Assembly: GCA_950097015.1 (NCBI GenBank)
Contig: CATNEN010000007.1
Span: forward strand, 3,224,001-3,288,000
Source of the DNA: Macrostomum hystrix
Lineage: Eukaryota; Animalia; Platyhelminthes
Reading direction: 5' to 3'
DNA length: 64,000 nucleotides
Both the position numbers and the translations under genes were made by a program. The stretch's first letter is position 1; each line of letters starts with the position of its first letter. The notes beneath the pieces were generated by a model, which was given only the letters and a program-made list of their open reading frames with translations, did not search any database and had not been told where the DNA came from. Of the stretch, positions 37,489-50,960 are shown one piece after another.

Positions 37489-40400
37489 ATGCCTAAGCGC
37501 AAGAGCTTTCTCCAAAAGAGCCGCCAAGCGAAGCAGCATCGCCGTGCTGAAACAGACGATGAAAGAGAAGAGCGTCTTCGGAAGAATCGTGAGTATGCAC
37601 GTAGGCGTCGAGAGGAGGAAAATGAATCGAGTCGAGTGGCTCGTCTTCATGATGACAGGCATCGCACTGCCGAGCGACGCGCTGCTGAATCGTCACCTGA
37701 AAGACTGTCTCGTCTTCATGATGACAGGCATCGCACTGCCGAGCGACGCGCTGCTGAATCGTCACCTGAAAGACTGTCTCGTCTTCATGATGACAGGCAT
37801 CGCACTGCCGAGCGACGCGCTGCTGAATCGTCACCTGAAAGACTGTCTCGTCTTCATGATGACAGGCAGCGCACTGCCGAGCGACGCGCTGCTGAATCAT
37901 CACCTGAAAGACTGTCTCGTCTTCATGATGACAGGCATCGCACTGCCGAGCGACGCGCTGCTGAATCGTCACCTGAAAGACTGTCTCGTCTTCATGATGA
38001 CAGGCAGCGCACTGCCGAGCGACGCGCTGCTGAATCATCACCTGAAAGACTGTCTCGTCTTCATGATGACAGGCATCGCACTGCCGAGCGACGCGCTGCT
38101 GAATCGTCACCTGAAAGACAAAGCCGGTTGGCAGACCTTAGAACTCGAGATTCTAACAACCGAGCTAATGAGTCCCTTGCTGCAAGAGATAAGCGGTTAG
38201 AAAAGGCCAGAACACGGGACGCTGAGCGACGACTAAACGAATCTTTAGGCGTCAGGGACAATCGGCTTAAAAATTCGAAAAGTCGAACCGCTGAACGAAG
38301 GGCATCTGAATCTGCATCAGAACGCCAATCTCGCTTGGATCGCATGCGGATTTCCAGTGTAACTCGGCGAACGCACGTAGATTCACCCAGCAGCTTGTGA
38401 GTAAAAAAGGCTATGAGAAATAACAAACGCTGTTTAGATGGGGGCTTTTAATTAAAACTTTAGGTACATACTTGCTCCTGATATTCCTACTTACAGTAGT
38501 CACACAGGGGGTGTCGGTGTTGCGAATCTGTGAGGCTTTGAACTGCGAGCTGTGAACGGGAAACGCATTGAAGGCGGGACATGCACACGCAAATAAAGAA
38601 TTAGTATAATGGATATCGATCAACGAATATAATTTGTATTTGAATTTGGCAATAGGTATACTCTCCAACATCGATTCTCGCTTGCCTGATATCCACGCAA
38701 TTCTATGTGTAATTATATATTTTGTAATGCCTTCAAAATTATATCTTTTCCCATCCGATTGAAAGTGTAGTTAAATATCGATTGTATTAAAAAATCCTGC
38801 TTCTTTATATTCCCAACTACAGGCCTCTCGTCACAAGCCACGCTTCACCAACGCGATCGTTGCTAAACTTTGCTGTGCATAATGTACCTGGTGACGGCGA
38901 CTGCTTCTTTCACGCCGTCTGTGACCAACTTAAAAATACGGAGCTGAGCACAGATGCTTTCACCTTGCGACAGGAGCTCACTCGTCGCGCACAGCCTTAT
39001 TTACTGAATTTAGAAGCAAGCGGATTTATTGTGCAAGGTTCAAGTGCTTCACTTTTGAGAGCTTCAGGCTCGCAAGGAGTTGCAGTCCCCGATGAAATAG
39101 TACCGCTTCTAAGTCAATGCTTCAATATAGACGTTACTATTTTTCAAATTGATGGACGCGTACTGCAGCATTTCACATCGCCAGTTCATCCGCCAGTCTC
39201 TGTTGTGCGGTTGCTGTTGCACAATGAGCACTACCAGTCGCTGCGAAATTCCTTGCCAGATTCGCAAAGGTCTGCGCAGGACATCGGATCCGCTTCTGCA
39301 AGTGAGAGCTCCGTGATGAGTCCAGTCAAGAAGCGCCGGCTGCCTGCTGCTTTGCCTCCAACTTTGCCTCCAACTGCAGGACAGCATCGCGACAACACTG
39401 ACGGGCCTACCTTGAGTTGCGAATCTTTTGTTGACATTGAGAAATCGAGAGCTGCTGATGAAACTTTGACTAGGGATTCAACTTGCACTGAACAATCTGT
39501 GTAAGTGTGCCGACTATTATATATGAATAACATTTACAACTGCAATGGTTATAATGCAGAAAAATCCATCAGCACAGAAACTTTTGATGCACATTCAATT
39601 CTTCCTTTGGTGATGCTGTGTGGATGGTTTATGGCTAAATCTACTACCTGTAGTACTTGATCGCAGCTTGAAAAAATTATCTTAATTCCATGAACGTCCG
39701 GTAACGGCGACTCAAAGATTAATGCTTATTCGATTGCAGATCAGCGGAGGCGGCAACGCATTCGGCTGGTCGGATGGAATACCCATGCACAATGTGCGGC
39801 GCTCTGCGTTGGAAGCTGGAGGTGGCCGGACTCTGCTGCACTGGTGGACAGGTGAAGCTGGAGCAGCGGCGCATACCAGAGGAGCTGCGACGGCTCTATC
39901 AGGGCCAGCATGAAAAAAGCCGGCTCTTTTTAAATAACATCCGGAGGTTCAATGCAGCACTACACATGACATCTTTTGGTGTTAACAAGCGTGATCTTCC
40001 TCTAGGCTCAATGAATTTGATCATCAATGGACAAATCCATCACAAAATTGGCAGCCTTCTTCCTATTGAGGGCAGGACGGCACAATTTTGCCAGATTTTC
40101 TTCTGTGACTCTGAACTGGATACACGAATGGCAATGGTGAACGGTTTAGATCGAAACATTCTAGAGCTGCTGCAGAACATGCTGCATCGGGAAAATTCGT
40201 ATGTACGCAGCTTCAAAGCTGCCATCGAGCGAATCACAGAGAATCCCGATCTGCAGAGTGCATCTTTGGTTATCCGGGCAGATAGGAGACCCACTGGCGA
40301 GCATGTGAGGTAAGTTGGGTTTACTTTAAACTGATTTAAGCACTGAATGATGATATTTGAGCTTAGTTTTCTTTTTTAGAGAAATTTTCAGAAAGGGAGT

Positions 40401-43400
40401 TGTTCTTTTAATTAGGCTTAAAACTTTGTTATAGACGGCACATCGGCCAAACCACACTAGATTATTCTTTTTCGAAACACGGTAACTGGAATATGTTATG
40501 TACTATTTATAGTAATATATGAGGAATCAATTAATAAGAGACAAGAAACATAACTGTCTGTGACAAAGACTTGTTGAAGACGGAAATCAAAATCACACAT
40601 TGAGTTCTCAGTTAGTTGAAGAATAAATATGTCCTTTTTAAAACTGGTTGATTAGATTTTAATTAGACTGAATGAATGTCTACTTTATCAATTTCCTAGG
40701 CGATTCAACCTACCAAGTGTTAGTGAAGTCGCAGTGTTGTTTGACGCATTGGAGGACGATACCGAAGGTGCTGCAGGCAAGCGGGATGTCATTGTGCATC
40801 TGCGATCGGGCAGGATACAACGCATTGACGAGACACACCGCTCCTACGACCCATTGGAGTATGTACTCTTTCACCCATGCGGAGAAGATGGCTGGCACAT
40901 TGGTCTGACGATGGCTAACAATCGCAAGCTGACACCCAGAGCAATGTACTCACATCAGCTCATGATTCGTCCCGGCGTCTTCAATGCCCTTCACTACGGC
41001 AAGCGGCTCTTCCAACAATATATTGTCGATCAGGCAGCAAAGATAGAAGCTGAGCGACTAAATTATTTGAAGACGCACCAAAATGACCTCCGCTCTGAGA
41101 CTTACAGCGGCCTGAAAGATGCGCTGGTTGCCTCCGATGTTGACCCAGATTGGGCCAGCAAAGTCGGGAACCGTGTCATACTGACCTCCAGCTTTGTCGG
41201 CGGTCCGCGCTATCGGAGGGAGCGTCAACAGGACGCCATGGCATATGTGCAGCGCTTCGGAAGGCCGGATCTTTTCATAACAATGACTGCGAATCCTGCA
41301 TGGGAAGAAATCACACAGGAGCTGCTGCCTGGACAAAGCCCGGTTGATAGACCAGACCTCACAATGCGCGTCTTTGACTTAAAGCGAAAGGCTCTGCTGG
41401 ATTGCCTACGGACTGCTTTCGGCACTCCGGTCGCACATGTCTGCTCGCTTGAGTTTCAGAAACGAGGTGAGTTTATATTTAGTTTATGCAAGAACTACAA
41501 ACACTATCGACCACCAGCGAAGTATTGTCAGCCTGTCTCTGTCAGCCTGTCTCTGTCAGCCTGTCTCTGTCAGCCTGTCTCTGTCAGCCTGTCTCTGTCA
41601 GCCTGTCTCTGTCAGCCTGTCTCTGTCAGCCTGCCTCTTTAGGCCCTTGATTCACTTTATTCTGACTACATTTCTTCTACTAGCTGAGCATGTTGTGTTG
41701 TGAGATGCGATTATTCAGATAAAGTAGGATTCGTTCAATCGATTTCAATTTATTTATTTTTACTACTCTCTGTGAGATTTTTTCAGTCGACTTATCAAGA
41801 TTAGAATTCGCGACTTTCGCAACGATCTCTCTGCAGGTCTGCCACATGTTCATATACTTCTGTGGCTGGCACAGATGGATAAGATCACACCTGACCGCTA
41901 CGATGATGTCGTGTGCGCGGAAATCCCGAGCGCTGTCGATGATCCGGAGCTGCACAAGCTGGTTGTTGATAACATGATGCATGGACCATGTGGTGAAATA
42001 AACCCGCGATGTGTTTGCATGATAAACGGAGCTTGCAGCAAAAAATTCCCAAAGGACTACCAACTTGCGTCTGTTGTGAACGACTCGGGATTCCCATTTT
42101 ATCGTCGGAGATCTGCAACAATGGGAGGTCACGTAGCCAAGAAGTATCTGCGAGGCAAGGAAGTGATCATGGACAACAGGTAAATACTCATTTTGGAATT
42201 ATAGAAAAAGTTAGCAAAAATTGACATGTACAAATTAGACTTTCTTTAAAAATACATCATCTGGGATTTAATATGCCTTGCACTGATTTAAAACTTCGGT
42301 TCGAGAGGCGTTTTAGAGGATTCATTTTAATGTAGCAGTAATGATGAAAATTTTCATGTACAACAAACTACTTTTTTTCTTTCCATCTATGCAGTTTAAT
42401 TTGTGTGGTACAGGACTTCGATTTAAATTACCAGTATTAGATGTATCTAATCCTCATTTAGTAACAATGCTTTGCTTTATATTTATCGTTGAAGAGAAAG
42501 AGTAATTGTTGATTGAAGTGAAAATGTATCTGATATTCATAGTGATAATTACTAATACTTACTTTACTTTTGCTCTTACTTTTTAGATTCGTTGTCCCCT
42601 ACAATGCGCACCTGTTGCGCCTATTTCGGTGCCACTTAAACGTCGAGATTTGCGCGACCGTAAGGGCAATTAAATATGTAGTTAAATATCTCCACAAGGG
42701 ATCCGATATGGCAACTGTTGAGCTGACTACGGAGCAGCGTGAAGAAATAAAGTGGAATGAAATCGCTGCTTACCTGTTAACTCGGTATCTGGGCCCACAT
42801 GAAGGTGTTCAAATAATTCTCGGAATGAGCGTTCATAGCCGCTATCCGCCTGTTGTTCAGTTGTGCGTCCATCTCCCTGGTAAAAACCGAGTTATCTTTT
42901 CTGCGGCAACAGCTGAAATGCAAGCATCAAGACCACCTCGCAGCATGCTAACAGCGTTTTTTGAACTTTGTCGCAGAGATGATTTCGCCCGCACTCTGTT
43001 GTACACAGATGTTCCGCGATACTATATCTGGCAAGCTGACCGAAAGGAATGGCAGAGGACCAAGATTGGAGCACCTGTGGATGGCTACGATGGCGTTCGT
43101 CAGCGAGATACCATTGGCCGCATGTACAATGTCAGCCCGAGAGCTCGAGATGTATTTTATCTACGACTAGCCTTGCTGCGTATTCGGGGACCGGTCAGCT
43201 ATGAATCTCTGCGAACAGTAGACGGAATTCTGTACACTGATTTCTTTGAGGCTTGCAAGGCTCTTGGCATGCTGGAAGATGATAATCATTTCCGTCTCTG
43301 CATGGAAGAGGCTGAACAGACTCAGATGCCAGCTGCTCTTCGAAGTCTATTCTCGGTCATTTTGATCCACGGCAATCCTACAGACGCGCAACATTTGTGG

Positions 43401-45206
43401 TCCCGCTTCCAGTTGTCAATGGGTGAGGATTTTGCCCATCGCGAGTCAGCTGATGAAGCTTGGATAGTGAACCGTGTTCTGCAAGATTTGACCGTGCGAT
43501 TGAGCCTTATGGGCGGCAGTTTGTCTCAATTTGGTTTGCCAGAACCACTTCAAATTGCTGAGCAGGAAGCCGAGTTCGACGCGCAGGAGTTGAGCACGTT
43601 TGTTGAGCAGCGTGAGCACCAGCTGACAGACGAGCAGCAAAAAATCTACAAGGCAGTGCTGGACAGTTTGCAGAGTGGAGGAGGTCTGCACTTCATTGAC
43701 TCGCCAGGAGGAACTGGAAAGAGTTTTCTACTGGAACTTCTGCTTGCTCACGTGCGATCGCGTGGTGAACTTGCTTTGGCTGTTGCAACCACAGGAATTG
43801 CGGCAACTCTGCTCCCTGGCGGCCGGACTGCCCACTCGGCATTTAAAATTTCCCCTTCGGTTTTGAATGAAAGCTGCGGGCATTGCGACATAAAAAAGCA
43901 GAGTGCCCTAGCCGAAAATTTGCGAAACACCCGACTTGTTGTATGGGATGAAGCAGCAATGGTGCATCGCAAGATTCTAGAAACAGTCGAACGCAGTTTG
44001 AGAGATATAATAGCTGACAAGCCTTTCGGTGGACTGACGTTTGTAATGGCTGGAGATTTTCGACAATTGCTGCCTGTTATAAAGGGCGGCACAGCTGCAA
44101 ACGCAATTCAGGCGTGCATAAATAAGAGTCCACTTTGGAGCGGCTTTCTGCAGCATCGGCTAACCCGCAACATGCGACTTCAAGCAGACACCGATTCTGA
44201 AGCTTCGCACTACGCCGAGTTTCTGCTGCAGGTTAGTTTCTAATATTTAACTTGTATTTAGTGTTTCGATTAGATTAGGGTTTGAAATATGATAAAAGGT
44301 GCGCCTGTTGATAGTTGAGATTTTATTGGTTTTAAAAATATCGTAGTGTTTATCTTAGATTAATAACTGATCTCGAAAAACTGGCAGCTAGCACTTCACA
44401 TATTTTCCTCAATTCACATGCATTCATAGGTCGGTGAGGGACGACTAAAGCAGGACGATCAAGGCTATGTGGAACTCCCATCGGAGATTTGCATGCCAAT
44501 GGGATCTGACACGATGCAGCTGATTCGATATGTTTTTCCCAGCTTCAACAATGCTGAGACGCGCGATCAACAGTTTGAATCCAGAGCAATTCTGGCACCG
44601 CACAATCGAACGGTGAACGAAATCAACGCTCAATGCCTGGTTATGTTTCCAGGAAAGGCTGTGGAATACCTTTCAATTGACAGCATCCCAGATGACGAAG
44701 AAGCGGCGATTCAATTTCCTGTTGAGGCACTGAACAGCTTAGAAGCACAGGCACTTCCGCCGCACCGACTGGAACTTAAAGTCGGAGTGCCTATCATGCT
44801 GCTGAGGAATTTAGATGCACCACGTCTCTGCAACGGAACCAGGCTAATCATCACGAAGCTAGAAAAGAATGTTTTGGTAGCTCGAATCGCTTCTGGAGCT
44901 TTCAAAGGCGCACCTGTTCTGCTACCAAGAATTCCATTGACGCCGAATGCTGAGGATTTGCCTGTAAAATTCCGCAGACTGCAGTTTCCTGTTCGACTTT
45001 GCTTTGCAATCACAATTCATAAGAGCCAAGGTCAGAGCCTGGATTCCTTTGGCGTTCACTTGGGCCAGTCGTGTTTTCAACATGGCCAATTGTATGTTGC
45101 GCTGAGTCGAGCACGTGACCCAAGGCATGTGCGTGTCCTTCACGGCCAGCAGACGCAGAATATTGTCCTGCAACAAGTTTTTTCAACGGCCTGCGATTGT
45201 TCGTGA
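37489..45206 (+). CDS. Helitron RepHel transposase, about 1895 aa: STPR-like repeats, OTU, Zn finger, HUH Rep, PIF1-family helicase
   Basis: Exons 37489-38396, 38823-39500, 39740-40309, 40700-41466, 41837-42179, 42587-44231, 44430-45206 total 5688 nt with matching phases. Motifs: PDLFITMTANP, EFQKRGLPHVHILLW, KYVVKYLHKG, Walker A SPGGTGKS, VWDEAAM, GDFRQLLPV, QFPVRLCFAITIHKSQGQS, HGQLYVALSR. Confidence 0.95.
41525..41635. repeat. 14-bp tandem repeat (GTCAGCCTGTCTCT) in RepHel intron 4
   Basis: About 8 visible copies. Confidence 0.9.
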
Positions 45207-46751
45207 TACTCACATTTTATGCCTGTAAAACAGTCTTTTGACAAACAGTTTAGATACAATCTGCTTTACTCTATTATCAACAGGTCAATTTTGAAATTTA
45301 GCTAAATTCGAAGTTGAAATCCGCACATTACAATAGGCCAAACGTTGCAATAAACCCCATGTTAAAATAAACTCCATGTTGCGATATCCGCAGGTTGCAA
45401 TAATCCACAGCTTAAAATAATACAATGTGCAATGTTCACCCTCGAGGTTGAAGCAATACTATAGTCCTTATATTTGAAAAATCCATAGCAATAATCCCTG
45501 GTGCAATAATCCACCGTTTACAATAATCTCCACGATGCAATAATCCCAGGTTGTAATTCAGTCAGCCTGTTCTAAACGCTACGATTCGTCAAAAGAGATA
45601 TTTATCTGATGATTGTGCTGTTTATTATTCATATTTCACATGCAAATTATTAGAAGTGATTGAAGGTACATCATAATTCTCTTGTTCCAATTGTGAATCT
45701 AAAAGTGGAAAATTTGAAACACCTGTTCTATTCAACGTTCTCTTGCTGCGCTGTTGCACTGCCGCAAGTGCAAGAATTTCCGCAACTCCTGTGTCTTTTG
45801 ACCGTCAAAAGCGAAGATGCGTTGCTTTTTCTGCTGATTATTTTTTGCTTCCTAATTTACTGTGAGCTTGTCGCCCAGTCGCTTTCTTTCAACTGCTGCA
45901 ACATTTTGATGACAGCCACACAGTAACTAGAAAGTAGACTGTCGAATAAATTCCCAGGATGTAATGCTGGTATCCAGGTTGCAATAATCCCTGGTTTCAG
46001 ATTACTTTAACGGGCTTGGACAGAGTGGACAGGAAACTGGTCTGCAAACTGGTTTGCTAATTTGTCATTAGCGTGCAGTAAATGTCCATGAGCACGCTGT
46101 CAGTTGGTTTGTCAACGGGGCTGATAGTTTGTATTCAAACGGATTAATTGTTTGTCTTTCAACGGGATATGTTAATTGATTTATCAAAATGCTCTTAGTT
46201 GTTTAGCAAACATTAAATGGTCTGTGAATGTGTGTTGGCTTATACCACAGAATATCAATTGATATTCTGTGGCTTATACCTCAAATGGATTGTAAATTGG
46301 TCTGTTAATGCTAATAAATAAACTGTTGTTAATTAGCCGGTCTGTAATGGAGCTGTGATTTAATGCCATCAAGAAGTAAATCAATCTGCCTACGGGCTGT
46401 GACAATTGCTCAACGGGCTGTATATTAGTCTACAAAAATCCGCAGCTTGGAATCAGAAGGGTACATCATACACTATGTACATCTGCGTCACCTCAACGAT
46501 CGTCTGCTATTGACTGCTGAGTAACTCACTTTTTAAGAAGCTATGACTTTAATGTCCACCTATACCACCGTCACAAAACAAATTCGCGTGGTCACACGAT
46601 CACCACATCCCTTGTACATCGGTCGCGTGATTTGATGGCTCATTGGATGGCAGTTTGAAAAACTTTAAGAATCAATATATAATAGGTGGAAACCTCTTGA
46701 CTTTACGATATTGAAATTCAGCTGACTGCATTTGTCATACACGTAGACAAA

Positions 46752-48556
46752 ATGAAGATTTTGGAGATAAAATCCTGCGGAAGGCTGAGCATTCCAGTGC
46801 TGGGTAAGGTTTTCCTTCGAAATGAGGTGAGCTACGAGCTACATGTCTATATACTTAGATATATAGTCTCATAATTACGTCGACATCTTGCTGCTCATAC
46901 TCGCATATGAACCTGCAGATATTACATATTCTCCACCTCGCTAAATCAATACTAGAACAAATAACTTACTTGTAGTAGTGACTGAACTTATTCTTGAACA
47001 GATTCGAGATTACACAAGCCGACGAGGCAACGGACAGCTATTTAGCATTCTTCTGGCGGACGAATCGGCCGAAATCAAGGTCTGCTTCTTTGGCCGCGAG
47101 CTGGCCGAGCGCTGGAACTTGTGCGCCGTGGGCAGGGCGATACAGGTGTCAGGTGGAGAGGCAAAAGTAGCGGACACTCGCTTTAACGTAGCCAACAACA
47201 TTTTCGAAATAATATTGAATATTGACAACGGCGGCCTCGTTGAACGAGCTGATAACATTATCTGCAGCCCTCAATTCAAGTTTCGGCTCATATCCGAGCT
47301 GCCGACCGTCGGGTCCAGCGGGTAAGATTCACGTTGTAACGACATTGTACTTTTCAACTGACTAAAGTATTAGAGCGATTTTTGGCAAGGAGCTCTTAAG
47401 TAGAAGGACGTTATATTCAAGCATGGGAAACTATTCAAATCCGATTTTTAGAAAGATGCATATTGAATATTTATATATTTACACTTTCGAGGCTGATTTT
47501 CCTCGATTCGATTATGATCGACGTAAGGAAGCATTAAATATTCAAATATAGTGAATTTTTCATGTACACATAAAATCGAAGTTCAATCTAGAAACGTTTC
47601 CAGACGCAAAAAGCATATTTCTCAAATTTACAGTTTCTTATCCTTAAGTTTGAACTACACTACTAATAATAGCACAATAAGGGTTAAATAAAAAATGACG
47701 GAAATGCATAGCAAATACGGGGACACTGCAATGGGGGGTTCATTGGAAGTCAGAGTTTGAGGCAATGGCCTAATTGACACTCGCGGCTATTGCCTCAAAC
47801 TCTGACTTCCTATGAGCATCATTGCTTAAAATTTCCATCAATTCTATGCAATGGCCGGCCATTGCCATTGCCATTGCCAAGAAGTGAAATTTTAGGCAAT
47901 GTCTGTTTGACACAAGAAGAACTGGACCTGTATGTATTTACAAGATAAATATAGTACTTTCTCAATTTCCTGCCAGAGCTATCGTCGACGTTCTTGGCGT
48001 CGTAATTTCACAGGATGGTCCAACGGAAGTGCCAACAAGGAAGGGCCCTTGCGCAAAGAGCACAATTGTATTGGCAGATGCAACAAACACGGCTGTCACC
48101 TGCACGTTCTGGGGACAAAGCGCGGCCCAGGTAGCGTCATGGTCAGCGAATGACGTTTTAGCAATTAAAGGCGCGCGGACAAGCGATTATGGATCGATGT
48201 CCCTCAATTGCAGCTCCGCTCTGTGCATGATGGAGCCTGACATCCACCAGAATGTCGAAGTCGACCGTCTGCGGACCTGGATCACTCAGCGCGATGACAG
48301 ACTCACGCCTGCTGCCATTGAATTTGTTGCTGCCGCTGCCATCCGCGAGAAAGCAGATGAAATTTTTTTAGAAATACCATCTGCGGTGAAGCGGGTGCGC
48401 ATTCGCCGCGGAAGTTTGGAGGTAAGATAAATTTAAATGTCGATTTATCTGCGGGACTGGATTTGTGCGACTGTTTTTCTTACTCGCTTATTATCCAAAT
48501 TACAATTTCAGAAATCTGTGTCTTTCGAGGAGGCGGGTCTGAGCTCCTCCCAGTGA
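46752..48556 (+). CDS. Helitron-borne RPA70-like ssDNA-binding protein (two OB folds, DBD-A and DBD-B like)
   Basis: IRDYTSRRGNGQLFSILLADESAEIKVCFF resembles RPA70 [69 protein letters not shown] and LRTW follow the OB-B pattern. Phase-consistent exons 46752-46803, 46976-47321, 47977-48421, 48512-48556. Confidence 0.85.
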
Positions 48557-49196
48557 GTAATTTAAATTATGGCTTTGGCCAATCGGCTCATTAGTGGTTT
48601 GATTGATGAATCAATGCATATGGAAACTACAAATTGATAATCATATGATTGAAATTTGCTCTTAAAAGTTTACATACTTATAGTTTTCTTAGGCATGTGC
48701 TGACCACTGATTTGATTGAGCTACATAAATATATATCTGAAATATAACTTCATGAATATAATGAGTTATTTATAAAAAATATATAAGCAAACTGTGTATA
48801 TGGGTACTACAGGAAGTGAACACAGGTAGTCTTTGCAATCTTAAGCTCATGAAAAACCGAAAACTTATCCTTGCAGGCAAAGCGAAGCATCATTTGTGTC
48901 GTCAGGCTACTAAGAGGAATTTTGAAAATTCCAAATGAGAAATGCAGCATCGCAGCAAAAGGAGAAATCGCATTAAGGCCCGATGAATGAAGCACAATGA
49001 AGAAAAATTGAAAATGGACTAGAATTATTTTGTGCATTAACATTTAAAGCTTTTTTCTATGAAAAGAGAAGTTAAATTTTGTTCCACAAGCTAACATCTT
49101 AAAATATACCTTGCAGACTATAGAACAGATTTACAAAAAGTCTATTGGATGAAAGGCTGTTTGTGCTAGATTGTTTTTAATTATTTTAAAAGTAAC

Positions 49197-49470
49197 TATA
49201 TTCTCAGCAACAGTCAAAAGTGACACCTCTAGCAAGAGAACACTTTTCTCTCTCCTCTCACTTGTCTGCAAGTGATGCAACTTGCACCATGGCATAAGCT
49301 AAGGTTGAAGGAAAATGGGTAAATTGCAAGCATTGGTGTGGAAATAAACATTTTTTAGAATTGAAATCCCCAATGCATGAAGTAAGTTATATCACTCTTG
49401 ACTGAAGTGATATAGAGAAAATTTTTCTCCTTCATTAGATGTGTCACTTTTGACTGTTGCTAAGTATATA
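49197..49470. mobile_element. MITE nested in the Helitron 3' region (TA-ended, Tc1/mariner-like)
   Basis: 35-bp inverted ends (49197-49231 and 49436-49470) with 3 mismatches, ending in TATA. Confidence 0.75.
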
Positions 49471-50960
49471 CCTACACTTATTTAACAACTTAACACAGTA
49501 AACATACTTATTACTGTTTTCTTGCTAATAAGAAAAAACAGACATTAAAACTTGAAGACCGACATTGTTATACATTTTTTTAGTCCTGTACAAATCATGT
49601 ACAAATGGGTATGAAAATATTACATTCAATATAGCAGAATAAAGCTTGGAAACTTGCCTTTTAAACATTGGGAAGTCTGGATTACTAGCTAAATAGACAT
49701 AAAAAGAGTTTATCATCTATGACTCCAGCCATGTAGGAATATTATATCAATTTCAATATAATACAATACCTATAATAAGCTATGTAACACTGTATGGTAA
49801 AAATATGCAACACAATGCTTGGTTTATGAAATAATTTTCAGCTGGGCCTAATTCATATTATATAAATGATCTAAACATGGTAGCTGATATAGGCTATAGA
49901 TCTTATATAGTATTTTTAGCTTCTATATAATTATAATAAAGGGAAATAAACTTGATATGTAAACAAGAACAGCATTTTTAATGCTAGCAATGCATATCAA
50001 GAATGAAATTAATAGGCCTACAAAGTACAAACTAGGAAAAACTGATTCACATAATAAAAAATATATAAATCAACCCTAAAGTAAAAAAGCTTTATTTCAC
50101 AAAAGTTCATTGAACTTTTCATAATCAAAATAATGCTTACAACAATACAACTAGAACAAACAAAATTGCAACAAATTGGGTACTATTGATGATTTTGCAA
50201 AGGCTTTACCAATGAAAGAACAATATTGCTATGACTTGGCAATTGTACTAGCCAGTCAGCCATAAAGAGGCCTTATAAGCAATTCTTGCTAATCATTGTT
50301 TGGTTATTGCACTTTAGATTTTGCTGTTCAAGTATTGGAGTTAGGGATGAGTCTATAACATTTGATTGCCACAATTTGACTTCCACAATTTGACTGCAGT
50401 AAATTTGACTGCTAACAATTTGACTGCCATCAATTTGACTGCAAGCAACATTTGACTGCCAGCAACTTTTGACAGCAAATTAATAAATATCAAGTCTTCT
50501 GCCAATGCTAGACCAAGTCAAAAACAATTTCCAAGTCAATTGCCATCGGCAATAATACAGCCCAATACTCAATAGATGACCGTGAATGAAAAATGAGTGT
50601 TCCTAGAAAACAACCAACATAAAAAATCACGAAAGTGTATATCAACACATACAATAAAATAAAGTAGCCATCTGCATAAAAAATGTATATCTAAGCTTAC
50701 ATACAATTGGGTAATATCAGACGTCAGCACCAGCAACAAATGCTATACACTATATATTTTCTTATAACCTAGAATTTCGTTTATAACGCAGAATTCATCC
50801 GGATTTTAGCTGAACTGATGAAGGCGGGCTATCCAGAAAATAGACCTTGATGATCTGCTTGATATTGATCCGAGGGATCTGCTAACATGCTGTTAACAGC
50901 TGCAATTATTGCTTCATCTGCTATTTCATCTGGAATTGGAATATTGTCTTCTTAATTAAC

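Noticed and set aside
37493-38200. Overlapping repeat ORFs 37493-38110 (-) and 37544-38200 (+)
   Set aside because: Shadow frames of the 69-bp coding repeat in RepHel exon 1.
50829-50951. Short acidic minus-strand reading frame (EDNIPIPDEIADEAIIAAVNSML...) near the Helitron 3' end, possibly a captured exon
   Set aside because: Only about 40 codons, no recognisable homology and no convincing partner exon.
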